DNA from: Pseudomonadales bacterium
Lineage (GTDB): Bacteria; Pseudomonadota; Gammaproteobacteria; Pseudomonadales; Azotimanducaceae
NCBI GenBank assembly: GCA_029941905.1
Contig: JAPYTQ010000029.1
Span: 1,659-65,658 of the forward strand
Direction: 5' to 3'
DNA length: 64,000 nt
Below, piece by piece: positions 46,996 through 57,699 of the stretch. Under the pieces are notes generated by a model. It had not been told where the DNA came from, made no database searches, and saw nothing but the letters and a program-made list of their open reading frames with translations. A program made the position numbers and the translations under genes. Numbering within the stretch: the stretch's first letter is position 1; each line of letters starts with the position of its first letter.

Positions 46996-47928
46996 CTACT
47001 TAAGCCTGACTCTGGGATCGATGAACCCATAAAGGATATCCACGATGATTACCATGAGAACAAGAAAGGCGCCGTAAAATACCGTGGTACCCATGATGAC
47101 GGTGTAGTCCAGTTGTTGCACAGCCTGGACGAAATACCTGCCCAGTCCGGGAATGGCAAAAACCAGCTCAACCACAAAACCGCCGGTGGTTATTGCTGCG
47201 ATTTGAGGACCGAGCACGGTGATTACTGGCAAAATCGCGTTACGAAGCTGGTGTCGGTAAAAAATTCTTAAGGGTGACAATCCCTTGGCTCTGGCAGTCC
47301 TGATGTAATCTTCGCTGACGACTTCAAGCATCGATGAGCGCATCAGACGGGTCAGCAGTGCCATGGTGCCGAGTCCGAGAACCAGGGAAGGCATGATCAT
47401 ATGCGAGAGGGTTCCCCAGCCTGCCACCGGAATAATACTCCGGCCAAAAAAACTGTTGATATTGACGAGCAGCAACTGGCCCAGTGCCGCAAAAACAAAA
47501 CTAGGAACAGAAATCCCCAGAATGACCAGAAACATGATCAGGATATCAGGCCACCGGTTTCGGTAGACAGCGGTTAATGCGCCCCAGAGAATGCCACCCA
47601 TGGTGGCGAAAAAAATTGCCATAATGCCGAGGGTCGCAGAGACAGGAAAATGATCCCGGATAATGTCATTCACTTTTCTGTTCTGCTGGGTAAAAGAGAT
47701 GCCGAAGTCCCCGGTTAGCATATTCCCCATAAAGATGAAGTACTGTTGCGTCACTGGCTTGTCCAGGCCGTACTTCTTCTCAAGGTTTTTACGAATTTCT
47801 GCGGACACAGCCTTATCGTTCATCAGGGGATCGCCGGGGACCTGATGCATGGCAATAAAGGTGGCGGTAGCGATAAACCACACGGTGATTACACCGGCAA
47901 GGAGCCTTTTTAGCGTATAGCTTAACAA
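46996..47928 (-). CDS. peptide ABC transporter permease (OppB/DppB-like)
   Basis: MLSYTLKRLL N-terminus and EDYIRTARAKGL EAA motif. Confidence 0.85.
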   Translation of the reverse strand: MLSYTLKRLLAGVITVWFIATATFIAMHQVPGDPLMNDKAVSAEIRKNLEKKYGLDKPVTQQYFIFMGNMLTGDFGISFTQQNRKVNDIIRDHFPVSATLGIMAIFFATMGGILWGALTAVYRNRWPDILIMFLVILGISVPSFVFAALGQLLLVNINSFFGRSIIPVAGWGTLSHMIMPSLVLGLGTMALLTRLMRSSMLEVVSEDYIRTARAKGLSPLRIFYRHQLRNAILPVITVLGPQIAAITTGGFVVELVFAIPGLGRYFVQAVQQLDYTVIMGTTVFYGAFLVLMVIIVDILYGFIDPRVRLK

Positions 47929-47943
47929 GGGGTTGGTTAACCT

Positions 47944-49557
47944 TTATTTAATGACACTAGCCTTAGTGTAATCGGGATCGGGACCAACTACACGTCGAAC
48001 CACACCCCGGATTTTCGGATGCATCAGGTAGATGACACCCTGTTCGTATTGCGGCAGTACGACGGCGTCATCAAACAGAATCTGTTGCATTTTGCCCATG
48101 GCGTCCATGCGTACCTGTGCATCAATACTGTTCATCGCCAGGCGCACCAGGTCATCATATTCCGGGTTGTTGTACCGACCGCGATTGTTCAGGTTCCAGG
48201 ATGCAAACAAGTCGCCAAAGGTCATCACATCATCGAAATCCGGACCCCAGCCAGCGAGCACCATATCGAAATCGCCGGATGTCATTTTTGCAAGACGTTG
48301 TTTGAAGGTTTGTTTATCTATTTTAATATCCAGGTCGAGTCTGGCTTTTAGCAAACCCTGCATATATTCAGCCTGTTTAGTGGCGGTGGGTGTATTGCCA
48401 CTGAGCAGTATCAGGGGAGGGATCTGCTCAACCCCCAATTCCTGCTTCGCCTTGTTGATAAGTTTTTTTGCTTTTGCAAGGTTCAGTTCAGCCTCTGGTG
48501 CAATGTATTCCTGGCGAAACTTTCCCTCGACACCTTGCAGCCAGACGGGAAACAAGCTCCTGCCCTGGAGGTTGCCGGGTGTGGCGAGTACCTTGTTGAC
48601 GAACTCATCGGGATCAAATACGTGCTGGATGGCTTTGCGGATATTAATGTGACTGGTGGGCCGTTCCGGCCGGTGGTTGTATTCAATAAAGAATACCGAG
48701 CCGGTGGTAAAACTTCTTATACGAAGTCGCTGGGTGAGGGCGTCCTTGTAAGTTTCCCCGTCCAGTCGGGTATGAACAATCTTGCCGTCAATAAACAGAT
48801 TCAAACGGGCGCGGGAATCCTCGGTGATGTAGGCCGCATCTATTTCGTTGAGGTGTATCTGGTCCTTGTCCCAGTAGTGTTCGTTTTTCACCATTTTAAG
48901 TGAAGCAGAATGCACCCACTCGGTGAGTATGAATGGCCCGTTGAACAACAGGTCTGAAACGTCTGCAGCGTAGATATCACCGCGGGTATTGAAAAAATCT
49001 TCCCGTACCGGGAAATAGGTAGTAAAAGCAGTGAGCTTGAGGAAATATCCCGTCGGTCTTTCAAATTCAATCTTCAGCGTCCAGTCATCGATTGCAGTGA
49101 CGCGCAATTGCTGCGGGTCCAGCTTACCGGCACTGATGGCTTCGCCATTTTTGATCGGATAAAGAATAAACGCGTATTCGGACGCGGTTCGTGGTGCCAG
49201 CGCATTTTGCCAGGCAAATACAAAATCATGCGCGGTGACAGGTTTACCGTCGCTCCACAGGGCATTTTGCCTTAGCCAGAACGTGGCACCATGAGCATTG
49301 ACTTCCCAACGGGTTGCGACACCAGGAATCACATTACCCCGTCGATCATAACGAACCAGACCCTCCATGATATGCGGCAGGATGAAAGTGCTCACCTGGT
49401 CAGTGGCTTTCATGCTGTTGAGCTGGGGAGGTTCCTGGGTTAGCGCGATAGTGATGGTTTGAGTATCAAAATCAACCGAGGTGGCGTCGAATTGAGCGTG
49501 GAGTGGGAGACAAAGCAGTAACAGGACAAAAATCAGGTAATTCATCGCTCTATTCAT
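47944..49557 (-). CDS. peptide ABC transporter substrate-binding protein (family 5, OppA-like)
   Basis: Signal peptide starting from ATG 49557, SBP_bac_5-like length, and first position in the operon. Confidence 0.8.
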   Translation of the reverse strand: MNRAMNYLIFVLLLLCLPLHAQFDATSVDFDTQTITIALTQEPPQLNSMKATDQVSTFILPHIMEGLVRYDRRGNVIPGVATRWEVNAHGATFWLRQNALWSDGKPVTAHDFVFAWQNALAPRTASEYAFILYPIKNGEAISAGKLDPQQLRVTAIDDWTLKIEFERPTGYFLKLTAFTTYFPVREDFFNTRGDIYAADVSDLLFNGPFILTEWVHSASLKMVKNEHYWDKDQIHLNEIDAAYITEDSRARLNLFIDGKIVHTRLDGETYKDALTQRLRIRSFTTGSVFFIEYNHRPERPTSHINIRKAIQHVFDPDEFVNKVLATPGNLQGRSLFPVWLQGVEGKFRQEYIAPEAELNLAKAKKLINKAKQELGVEQIPPLILLSGNTPTATKQAEYMQGLLKARLDLDIKIDKQTFKQRLAKMTSGDFDMVLAGWGPDFDDVMTFGDLFASWNLNNRGRYNNPEYDDLVRLAMNSIDAQVRMDAMGKMQQILFDDAVVLPQYEQGVIYLMHPKIRGVVRRVVGPDPDYTKASVIK

Positions 49558-49778
49558 CGCTATAATTATCAGTGACCAGTGACAAGGCGCGGATTGTAGC
49601 ATGACTGAATTTGGCTAGAGAGCGAGGAACTTCCTGCAGGAATTTGTCTGCCGCGTTTCGACAGTCAGGTGCTCTTCATATTTTTTTCACTTTTTTTTCA
49701 TTTGCATTAAACCGATTGGCAATTTCAGGCAACTAAGGAGGCGAGAATAGAAAATTTTCGGTTTCTTTGGGGAAAACT

Positions 49779-52682
49779 ATGTCAATTTCAAGTAAGAAAG
49801 CCTCTGGCTGGTCACTGGCGTTCACGCTGGTGGCTGGTATGAGCACAGTTGTTACCACATCCGTCATTACATCCTCTGCCCTGGCAGAAGATGAACGTGA
49901 ACTGGAGGAAGTTGTGGTGACGGGGTCCAGAATCAAGCGTGATGCCGGGACCTACGTGGGTCCCATGACTATACTGACAGGGGAGTCAGTCACTGAGCAT
50001 GCGACCTATAGCCTTATTGATTCGCTGCTTGAGCTACCGTCAATTGGTGCGCAAGGTACCAGTCGGAACAATTCCAATGGTGGCAGGGGTGCCAATTTTA
50101 CCGGAATTCACCAGCTGGAACCTGAACGCACATTAACAATATTCGATGGTCGTCGGGCTGTTTCGACGATCCGTGACAGTCTCGGATTGGGCGTCGACTT
50201 GCAATCGTTCCCGGTTAATATGATTGATCGGGTCGAAGTCCTCGCTGACGGAGCGTCGGCCATTTACGGCTCCGATGCCATTGCCGGTGTTATCAACCTG
50301 GTGCCAAAGAGAAATTTCGATGGTTTCGAAATTAGCTTTGGCGTGGGGTCGCCCAGTGAAGATGGTGGTGAACACGTCGATGCAGGTCTGCTCTTTGGCG
50401 TTACCGGCGATCGTGGCTTTTTCACCGCAGGCATCACCTATATTGATGATGGTGACGTGGATTTCCAGGAGCGGGATTTCTCCAAGCTGCCCATTCTTGG
50501 CCAGGCTGATCTTGGTGGTGTCATCGGTACCCTGTTGGGAAGCGGTATTCCCCCTGAAGGCAGAGTAATCAGCCCGGGTGATCCAGCGATCCTGTTTAAG
50601 CCAAACCCAGTCACGGGTGAGAGTTTTCAGAGCTACGACACGTTTTGTTTGAATGGCGGACCCGGCAGCGATAGTAGCGGCAGTATTGATTGCATCCTCA
50701 ATCAGGGCCACCGATTTAACTACAATGACATTGACGAAGGTGTATCACTCATCAATTCTAATCAGGCAGTGAATTTCGCTGGTCTTGGTGAATACAGCTT
50801 TGACAATGGCGTTATAAGCTATTTGAATGTGGTCCTGGCGCACCGTGAAGGTCGTTTGAACTTTACCCCATTACCCGTGCAGGGCGCCGCAGGCAGGTTC
50901 ACCGATCTGCTTCGGGTACCGCTGAACAATCCAAATATCCCGACTGATGCACTGGCGCTGATTACCTCCACCCGGGCTGCTAATGCGACTTGTGACGCGG
51001 CTTGCCAGGCTGCTGATATTCAGATGAGCTATCGCGGTCTGGATTTTGGTGTGCGGACGTTTGAGTACGACAGTGATACGTTGAGCGCAACGATAGGCTT
51101 GAAAGGTAGCTTTGGAGACCTGGGCGCCAGTGGCGCGCTTGGAAGCTGGGATTGGGACTTATGGATGACCGCCGGACGATCTGAGTTGTTCGAGGTAACA
51201 TCCGGTCAACTTAACGTTGCGAACCTTCAGATCTCCGTTGATCCTGCAGCCTGTGCGCTTACGGCATCCTGCCCGAAAGATTCGCTGGGTAATCCGACGA
51301 TGGACATTTTTGGTCGTGGGGTTAAGTCCGCAGAAGAAAAGTCATTCGCAACATTTGATGACTTGGAACGCAGTGATTACGACATGTTGCATTTTGCTGC
51401 CACGGTTGCCGGAGAATTCGGCAATTTGCCTGCCGGTACTGTTGGAGTGGCTGCCGGTGCTGAATATCGAGAAGAGCAAGGTGGCGTTCAGACATCAGGA
51501 GTCGTTCAGGCTGGAGATAGTGGTGGCAACTTTGCAGAGCCAACCAATGGCGAATTCGATGTGACTGAATTCTATGCAGAATTTGCTATCCCTCTTCTGG
51601 CCGGTGCACCTATGGCTGAAGCATTGGATCTGGACCTTGCTATTCGCTGGTCCGACTACAATACTTTTGGGGATGAAACCACATACAAGGCATCAATCGG
51701 CTGGATGCCGATCGAAACCCTGAAGTTTCGTGGTACCTATGCGACCGGTTATCGTGGTCCAAATATTCTTGAACTGTTTGGCGGTATAGCAGATACATTC
51801 CAGAGCGTTACAGATCCTTGTACCAATCCCGTTGCCGATGCCAACGTTGCCGCTAACTGTGCCGCACATGGTGTACCAGCAGGTTTTGTTCAGCCAGCGG
51901 CCCAGCTCAAGATATCAGCGGGTGGTAACGAGGAACTGCAGCCGGAAACTTCAGAAAGTTATTCTGTCGGTCTTGTTTGGCAACCTGAATTCGCTGACTT
52001 GAGTATCTCCCTCGACTGGTATGATGTTCAGGTGGATGACGCAGTCGGTACGCCGGAGCCAACTAATGTGATTACCACTTGTTACGATAGTCCCAACGGC
52101 TCATTGTCAGCTCCTGAATGCGGGCGAATCAGCCGGGGTAATGCAGGGGATGTGGTTCGTTTCGATTTGCTGAACGAAAACCTCAACAAAATTGAAACCA
52201 GTGGCATCGACCTTACTGCCACTTATGCCGTCACCACTGGCTGGGGTGAAGTTCAGGTAAACTGGTTGCTGAATTACCTCGACGAATATGTGGAAACAAC
52301 AGATACCGGCGTTGTTGATGATCGTACCGGTGTTGTTGCGGGTAGTGTTTCAAGCTTCGCTGCTTATCCGGAGTTTCGTTCCAATCTTGATGTTACATTG
52401 AATCGTGAGACCTGGTCGGCGGGAATTACCTATCGATACCTGGACGAGATGGAAGCGTTTGATGTGATTGGCTTCGGTACGCTTGAGCCAACGGCTGATG
52501 CTCAACATTATTTCGATCTCATGGGAACCTACAGACTGGATAGATGGAACTTCCTTGTCGGAGTGCGAAATGTGACAGACGAAGAACCACCCTACGTCAC
52601 CGATGTGTCTGCTAACACTTCCAGTATCTATGACTTCCTGGGCAGGTTCTACTATGCCCGGGTGAACTTTGTTGTGAATTAA
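49779..52682 (+). CDS. TonB-dependent receptor
   Basis: Signal peptide, TonB-box-like EEVVVTGSR, plug motifs (RVEVLADGASAIYGSDAIAGVINL), and a C-terminal ...YYARVNFVVN. Confidence 0.9.
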   Translation: MSISSKKASGWSLAFTLVAGMSTVVTTSVITSSALAEDERELEEVVVTGSRIKRDAGTYVGPMTILTGESVTEHATYSLIDSLLELPSIGAQGTSRNNSNGGRGANFTGIHQLEPERTLTIFDGRRAVSTIRDSLGLGVDLQSFPVNMIDRVEVLADGASAIYGSDAIAGVINLVPKRNFDGFEISFGVGSPSEDGGEHVDAGLLFGVTGDRGFFTAGITYIDDGDVDFQERDFSKLPILGQADLGGVIGTLLGSGIPPEGRVISPGDPAILFKPNPVTGESFQSYDTFCLNGGPGSDSSGSIDCILNQGHRFNYNDIDEGVSLINSNQAVNFAGLGEYSFDNGVISYLNVVLAHREGRLNFTPLPVQGAAGRFTDLLRVPLNNPNIPTDALALITSTRAANATCDAACQAADIQMSYRGLDFGVRTFEYDSDTLSATIGLKGSFGDLGASGALGSWDWDLWMTAGRSELFEVTSGQLNVANLQISVDPAACALTASCPKDSLGNPTMDIFGRGVKSAEEKSFATFDDLERSDYDMLHFAATVAGEFGNLPAGTVGVAAGAEYREEQGGVQTSGVVQAGDSGGNFAEPTNGEFDVTEFYAEFAIPLLAGAPMAEALDLDLAIRWSDYNTFGDETTYKASIGWMPIETLKFRGTYATGYRGPNILELFGGIADTFQSVTDPCTNPVADANVAANCAAHGVPAGFVQPAAQLKISAGGNEELQPETSESYSVGLVWQPEFADLSISLDWYDVQVDDAVGTPEPTNVITTCYDSPNGSLSAPECGRISRGNAGDVVRFDLLNENLNKIETSGIDLTATYAVTTGWGEVQVNWLLNYLDEYVETTDTGVVDDRTGVVAGSVSSFAAYPEFRSNLDVTLNRETWSAGITYRYLDEMEAFDVIGFGTLEPTADAQHYFDLMGTYRLDRWNFLVGVRNVTDEEPPYVTDVSANTSSIYDFLGRFYYARVNFVVN

Positions 52683-52704
52683 ACCTGAGGTTTATGAATA
52701 TATC

Positions 52705-52730
52705 AGGCCCCTTTATGAGGGGCCTTTTTT
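52705..52730 (+). terminator. rho-independent terminator
   Basis: AGGCCCCT-TTATG-AGGGGCCT hairpin followed by T6. Confidence 0.75.
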
Positions 52731-52999
52731 CACGCGTCATTCTGGTGGCAGCAGGGGCACATTTTTTCATTACAGCATCGCCTACGGCACCGGGTTGGGT
52801 CTCGTTCGAGACACAGACTCCGGTGATAACCACGTAAAAATGACCTACAATATTTTGGGTTATTTCTTTAATCTTCCCTTTAGTCAGCTGGCCGAAAATT
52901 GCCAGAAAAACGACGGTTGCTGATGAAAAAGTTGCAGAGTGACCGACAACAGTATTGAATTTCACGTTACTTTGTTCAGCGGTGGAATGTAACCGTACT

Positions 53000-54154
53000 A
53001 TGACTAAGGCAACTATCCCTTATATCTGCAAAGGCTTGTTATTGGGCCAGATCTGTTTGATTAATGCTTGTACGACCGGATTGGATTTTGATTATGCAGC
53101 TGAATTAGAGCAGGAATTTATCAATAGGGCGGTCCAGGGTCGATCAGAAATGGATGTCGGAATGTTAGCCCTGAGTAGCGACCTGCAAACCGCGATTGAT
53201 GCGAGAATCAAATCCAGTTGGGGGGCGAGCCATAAAGTACAGGAGCTTCGCAAGTTTCTGTTCCACCAGGATGAATTAAACATAGGCTACGACACTGACT
53301 TCACGAAAACTGCACAGCAGACTTTTGATTCCGGGTCCGGCAACTGCCTGTCGTTAACCAGCTTGTTTATTGCGGTCGCACGTCATGCCGGTGTCGATGC
53401 CCACTTTGAACTGGTATCCGTAAAACCCACCTGGGACTACCAGCTTAAGACCATGATTCGCTATGAACATGTGGTTGTAACCGGTCGGGTGGCTGTTTCG
53501 AAGAATTATGTGGTGGATTTTCTGCCGGAATTTTCCCTGGATGAACGAAGCAATCAAGAAATCAGTGATCGTGCTGCATTGGCCTTGTACTTTAACAATA
53601 TTGGTGGTGAAAACCTGGTCATGGGCAATACTGACGAAGCGATCGAAAATTTGCAACAAGCCTTATTTGTAGATCGAGAGTCTTCCGACACGTGGAACAA
53701 TATGGGCGCAGCCTATAGCAGAACCGGTAAAAAGAAGCTGGCGGAGTTTAGTTATCGAAAAGCTATTTCCCTCGACAGTAGTAATTATTCTGCCTTGACT
53801 AATCTGGCGCGATTTTACGAGAAAGAAAATCAACCAGAGAAGGCCGAAAAGTTTATCTCACGGGTTGAAAGATACCAGGCAAACAATCCATATTTCCTTG
53901 CTGCTGCGGGGAAGTTGTTGCTTGACGCAGGGAGGTTTGATGCCAGCCTGAACATGCTGGCTCGTTCGATTCAACTTAAAGAAGAGGAACCGGCTTTTTA
54001 CCTGACTATCGCTGAAGTCTATACAGCAATGGGTAAAGAAAACCTGGCCATTGAATTTCGTAACGAAGCGCAGCTACGGCATGACGCCAAACCCGAAGCA
54101 CCGGTCCGTCAGTTGAATCACAGATTTTGGACCTATCGACGGGGAGTGGAGTAA
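53000..54154 (+). CDS. transglutaminase-like (Cys-protease fold) + TPR repeat lipoprotein
   Basis: Lipobox-like LINAC. SGSGNCLSLTSLFIAVARHAGV (transglutaminase-core Cys) with a downstream H and D. C-terminal TPR repeats. Confidence 0.6.
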   Translation: MTKATIPYICKGLLLGQICLINACTTGLDFDYAAELEQEFINRAVQGRSEMDVGMLALSSDLQTAIDARIKSSWGASHKVQELRKFLFHQDELNIGYDTDFTKTAQQTFDSGSGNCLSLTSLFIAVARHAGVDAHFELVSVKPTWDYQLKTMIRYEHVVVTGRVAVSKNYVVDFLPEFSLDERSNQEISDRAALALYFNNIGGENLVMGNTDEAIENLQQALFVDRESSDTWNNMGAAYSRTGKKKLAEFSYRKAISLDSSNYSALTNLARFYEKENQPEKAEKFISRVERYQANNPYFLAAAGKLLLDAGRFDASLNMLARSIQLKEEEPAFYLTIAEVYTAMGKENLAIEFRNEAQLRHDAKPEAPVRQLNHRFWTYRRGVE

Positions 54155-54178
54155 CATGTTGTAGCTACACGGGAAAAT

Positions 54179-55162
54179 ATGATGGCAGCTAACCAACGGG
54201 ATCGGCAGCGAGTACCGGGCGACTGGGACGTTTATTGGACTGGCACACACGAAAATGCGGCGCACCAGGAAGGCGGGCCACAAGAAGAAGTGCTGGAAAG
54301 ATTTTGGCTGACCTTCTTTGCTGAGAATAGTGCAGATAACTGTAGCCGTGAGCGTCAAAGACTCCTGGACATGGCCTGTGGTAATGGTGCTGTTACCGGA
54401 TTTGCCAGCCGGGGTATAGCAGATTTCCATTCTTTTTGCCTTGATACATCGGTGAATGCCCTGTTGGAACTAGGCAAGCGGTACCCGGAAACCATATGCA
54501 TTACCGCCGATGCATTACATACGCCGTTCCTGAGTAATAGCTTCGATTTAGTGGTTAGTCAATTTGGTATTGAATATGCTGGTATTGATACCTTCGACGA
54601 GGCGGCACGTTTACTCGCACCTGGTGGCTCATTTGGAGCGGTTATCCATTTACACGAAGGCGCGATTTACCGGGAATGCAGTGACAATTTGAATGCCATC
54701 AACGCCATCATGCAGAGCAGATTACTCAAGTTGGCACGTAATACTTTTAGTGCAGGTTTTGCTTTGAATGCAGGGACAGGAAGCGTAAAAGCCTTTAAGA
54801 CTGCAGAAAGAAAACTCAAACCTGCGGTTCGCGCGCTTGAATCGATGTTGCAGGAAATGGGTAGCAATGTAGCAGCGGGGCTGGCGCAACAACTGCACGA
54901 GGATATTGCCTACATGTACAAGCGCATGGGTGCCTTTGACAAGCGGGAAGTTATCTCCTGGCTGGATGGCATGGTGAAGGAACTCAGAGCCTATCGCGGC
55001 AGGATGACGTCGATGATGAGTTCGGCTGTGGATAAAGACGCGATGAAAGCAATCAAACAGAATCTGGAAACCAAGGGTTTAGTTCAGCAAAGATGTGAGA
55101 CCCTTGGCATGGGTCCTGAGCAGCAACCAGCTGCCTGGGTGATTGTTTGTAAAAAGCATTAA
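54179..55162 (+). CDS. class I SAM-dependent methyltransferase
   Basis: Motif I LDMACGNGAVTG, post-I and motif II DLVVSQFGIEY, and LAPGGSF. Confidence 0.75.
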   Translation: MMAANQRDRQRVPGDWDVYWTGTHENAAHQEGGPQEEVLERFWLTFFAENSADNCSRERQRLLDMACGNGAVTGFASRGIADFHSFCLDTSVNALLELGKRYPETICITADALHTPFLSNSFDLVVSQFGIEYAGIDTFDEAARLLAPGGSFGAVIHLHEGAIYRECSDNLNAINAIMQSRLLKLARNTFSAGFALNAGTGSVKAFKTAERKLKPAVRALESMLQEMGSNVAAGLAQQLHEDIAYMYKRMGAFDKREVISWLDGMVKELRAYRGRMTSMMSSAVDKDAMKAIKQNLETKGLVQQRCETLGMGPEQQPAAWVIVCKKH

Positions 55163-56843
55163 TTCGACGAGCTCAGACGTGCCTCAGAAGAAGAACCAAA
55201 TCAGACACCAGGTCCAGAAAAAGTTACAACGTGCACACCAATTGTACGGAAAACAGGAATTCCGTGCGGCGGAAGTTTTGTATCAACAGGTTTTGCGTCG
55301 CGACCCGACAAATCCTGATGCACTACTGACACTGGTCGCCATTTACCTGCAACCTCCACAGCGGTTTGAACAGGCGGCGCAGATGCTGAAGCGACTGGTG
55401 GACGCTTACCCGGGAGAACCCAGCTACTGTCAGAACTACGCGAATGTGATGATGCAATTGGGTAAACCTGATGCTGCAATCAGCTGCATTCGGAGGCTGC
55501 TTTCGTACAATCCTGACCTGACAGACATACGATATAACCTTGCGCGTTTACTGAAAAACACCGGTAAGCTGGATGAAGCACTGACCGAATATCAGAAAAC
55601 GCTGAGTGCAGGCATATCTCGACCAGAGGAAGTGCACTCTAATATTAGTATTATTCTTTCCGATTTGAACCGTACTGATGAAGCGCGATTAGCGCTTAAG
55701 CAAGCGTTGGCGCTTAATCCGGATTATGAACCTGCACTTTATAACCTGGCTCAGCTCGAAGAGGAGAATGGTCATTGGGATATGGCCCGGAAACTCTTCG
55801 AGCATATCCTGTTAAACAATCCGGATCATTGTGATGCGATGGTGCGTTTAGCTGAGGGCGGTAAAATTGATTCGTCTGATCCATTAGTTGATCGCCTAAA
55901 ACAAGCTTTAGTCCGCGACAATTGTGATGACCTGGATCGCGAAAAGCTGAATTTTGCACTCGGAAAGGTTCATGATGAATGGGCTGAGTACGAGGCTGCA
56001 TTCAAATACTATAAGCAGGGTAATTTCTGCAGCCAATATCGGGTTGGTGTTTATGATGCCGCCGGGCAGGAGGCACTCAGTAAGGAACTAATGGAGATTT
56101 TCCCCGCTTTGTCTGGCTTGAAACATATACAGCCAGTATCCGATGCGGCACCCATTTTTATTTGCGGTATGTTTCGTTCTGGTTCCACCTTAATCGAACA
56201 GATGCTGGCGGCTCATCCGGGTGTCAGTGCCGGGGGTGAGATAAGTTATTTTGCGAGACGGGTACCTCTACCAGAATCTCTCATATCAGTGGATAAAATC
56301 GATTTTCAAGAAATAGGGAAAACATATCTTGACTATTTGGAGAGTAACTTTCCCGGCGTAGCTCGTGTAACGAACAAGCGACCGGACAATTTTCTTTACC
56401 TGGGACTTATCTTGTCGCTGTTCCCTAATGCGAAGATAATTCATACAACACGTCAGGCACTGGACAACTGTCTGTCTGTTTTCTTTCAACCCCTGGCAAC
56501 TCAATACAAGTACTCTAATGGCCTGTTGGATATTGGACATTTTTACATCCAGTACCAGCGGTTGATGAACCACTGGCGAGTTGCATTTCCCAACCGCATT
56601 ATTGATGTTCATTATGATGAGCTGGTATTAAACCCGAGAGGTGTACTCGATCCGGTTTTGTCGTTTCTTGGGTTGGATTGGGATGATCGCTGTCTGAATT
56701 TCTACGAGGTGGAGAATCGCGTCCGGACAGCGAGCGTCTGGCAGGTCAGGCAGCCGCTTCATGAAAACTCGTCGGGACGTTGGCAAAATTATGCATCGGA
56801 ACTTGGCCAGTTGCACCAATATTTAAGCGCCGCAGAATTTTAG
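55143..56843 (+). CDS. TPR-repeat sulfotransferase family protein
   Basis: N-terminal TPRs. PAPS 5'-phosphosulfate-binding loop FICGMFRSGSTLIEQML, plus a later sulfotransferase-like region. The start is uncertain (TTG 55143 or GTG 55179). Confidence 0.75.
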   Translation: MFVKSINSTSSDVPQKKNQIRHQVQKKLQRAHQLYGKQEFRAAEVLYQQVLRRDPTNPDALLTLVAIYLQPPQRFEQAAQMLKRLVDAYPGEPSYCQNYANVMMQLGKPDAAISCIRRLLSYNPDLTDIRYNLARLLKNTGKLDEALTEYQKTLSAGISRPEEVHSNISIILSDLNRTDEARLALKQALALNPDYEPALYNLAQLEEENGHWDMARKLFEHILLNNPDHCDAMVRLAEGGKIDSSDPLVDRLKQALVRDNCDDLDREKLNFALGKVHDEWAEYEAAFKYYKQGNFCSQYRVGVYDAAGQEALSKELMEIFPALSGLKHIQPVSDAAPIFICGMFRSGSTLIEQMLAAHPGVSAGGEISYFARRVPLPESLISVDKIDFQEIGKTYLDYLESNFPGVARVTNKRPDNFLYLGLILSLFPNAKIIHTTRQALDNCLSVFFQPLATQYKYSNGLLDIGHFYIQYQRLMNHWRVAFPNRIIDVHYDELVLNPRGVLDPVLSFLGLDWDDRCLNFYEVENRVRTASVWQVRQPLHENSSGRWQNYASELGQLHQYLSAAEF

Positions 56844-56860
56844 AATCGTGTTAGTTGAAG

Positions 56861-57499
56861 TTACTTCAAGCGTTTTGCGCCGACACTTTTGTTTTTTCCG
56901 TCGACGCTCATCCGGAATGAACCCATTGATCCATTTGTGATAACTAGGACATCACCCCGTTTTACTCTCCAGTACGTATAGCCTTTTTTTTGTTGCCATA
57001 CCTGGCCGTTTTCAAGGTAGACGACATGAAATTTTTGCGCATTTTTAACTGCTTTGACAACCAGGCTCCTGATCTGGTCAATGGACTTTAAGTCCAGCTC
57101 TTTCAGGACTATCTCCTGCTTCTCCAGCCTGTCTTTGCCAAACAAATCTTCCGCTTCGATTTTCCGGATCGTCTCCGGGATTTGGACGTCGACCGGTATG
57201 TTGGTTGAAACACTCTTGTTGTCAGCATTTGTTTGCTTTTCTGGTGCTTCGGGCATAAGGGAATCTGTCATTGCGTCATAACATTTGACTCGGCTTTCAA
57301 CCTCCGCAATTGCACGACAGTCGAGTAGCCGATCGCTTATTTCGCTCGCGAATGTTGCGTTGCAGGTAAAAATGGTGGCAGAAGTTATCAGCGCATGGAA
57401 AACTGGCAGCGTCGGAGAAACACTCAAGATGAAACCCTGTTTTAGACTTGTCAGCAGACGATTATACGATTTCCCTTTCATTTTAATTGGGAAATGCAC
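56861..57499 (-). CDS. hypothetical exported protein
   Basis: ORF with a hydrophobic N-terminal segment. No recognised family, and the start is uncertain. Confidence 0.4.
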   Translation of the reverse strand: MHFPIKMKGKSYNRLLTSLKQGFILSVSPTLPVFHALITSATIFTCNATFASEISDRLLDCRAIAEVESRVKCYDAMTDSLMPEAPEKQTNADNKSVSTNIPVDVQIPETIRKIEAEDLFGKDRLEKQEIVLKELDLKSIDQIRSLVVKAVKNAQKFHVVYLENGQVWQQKKGYTYWRVKRGDVLVITNGSMGSFRMSVDGKNKSVGAKRLK

Positions 57500-57699
57500 T
57501 TTCGTATGCCAAATTTCGGCAGGATGGTGAAATATTTTGGGAAAAGTTCATTTTTTTTTAATTTTTTTTTGTCAGAAATGGGCGTACACTGCGCGGGTCG
57601 ATCAGGAGCTATGCTTGTCATGAATGATCGGGATGGTTTGTGGGCTTTAAATTGGCTGGCAAAAGAAGGAATAACTTATAACTGTTGGGGAATTTTGTT

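Noticed and set aside
52612-52965. A 117-aa minus-strand ORF (GTG start) between the second TonB receptor and the transglutaminase-like gene.
   Set aside because: It reads straight through the strong terminator hairpin (52705-52730) and into the 3' end of the receptor gene. It has no RBS or family resemblance and is probably spurious. I also checked it for an in-frame TGA or CxxC pattern and found nothing convincing.
57500-57699. Possible cobalamin or other riboswitch upstream of the third TonB-dependent receptor (GGTGAAAT-like string; T9-AA-T9 tract at 57551-57570).
   Set aside because: No B12 box or other conserved riboswitch core could be recognised by eye. The T-tracts are more simply explained as promoter or UP-element-like AT-rich DNA. 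Only an Rfam scan could settle this.
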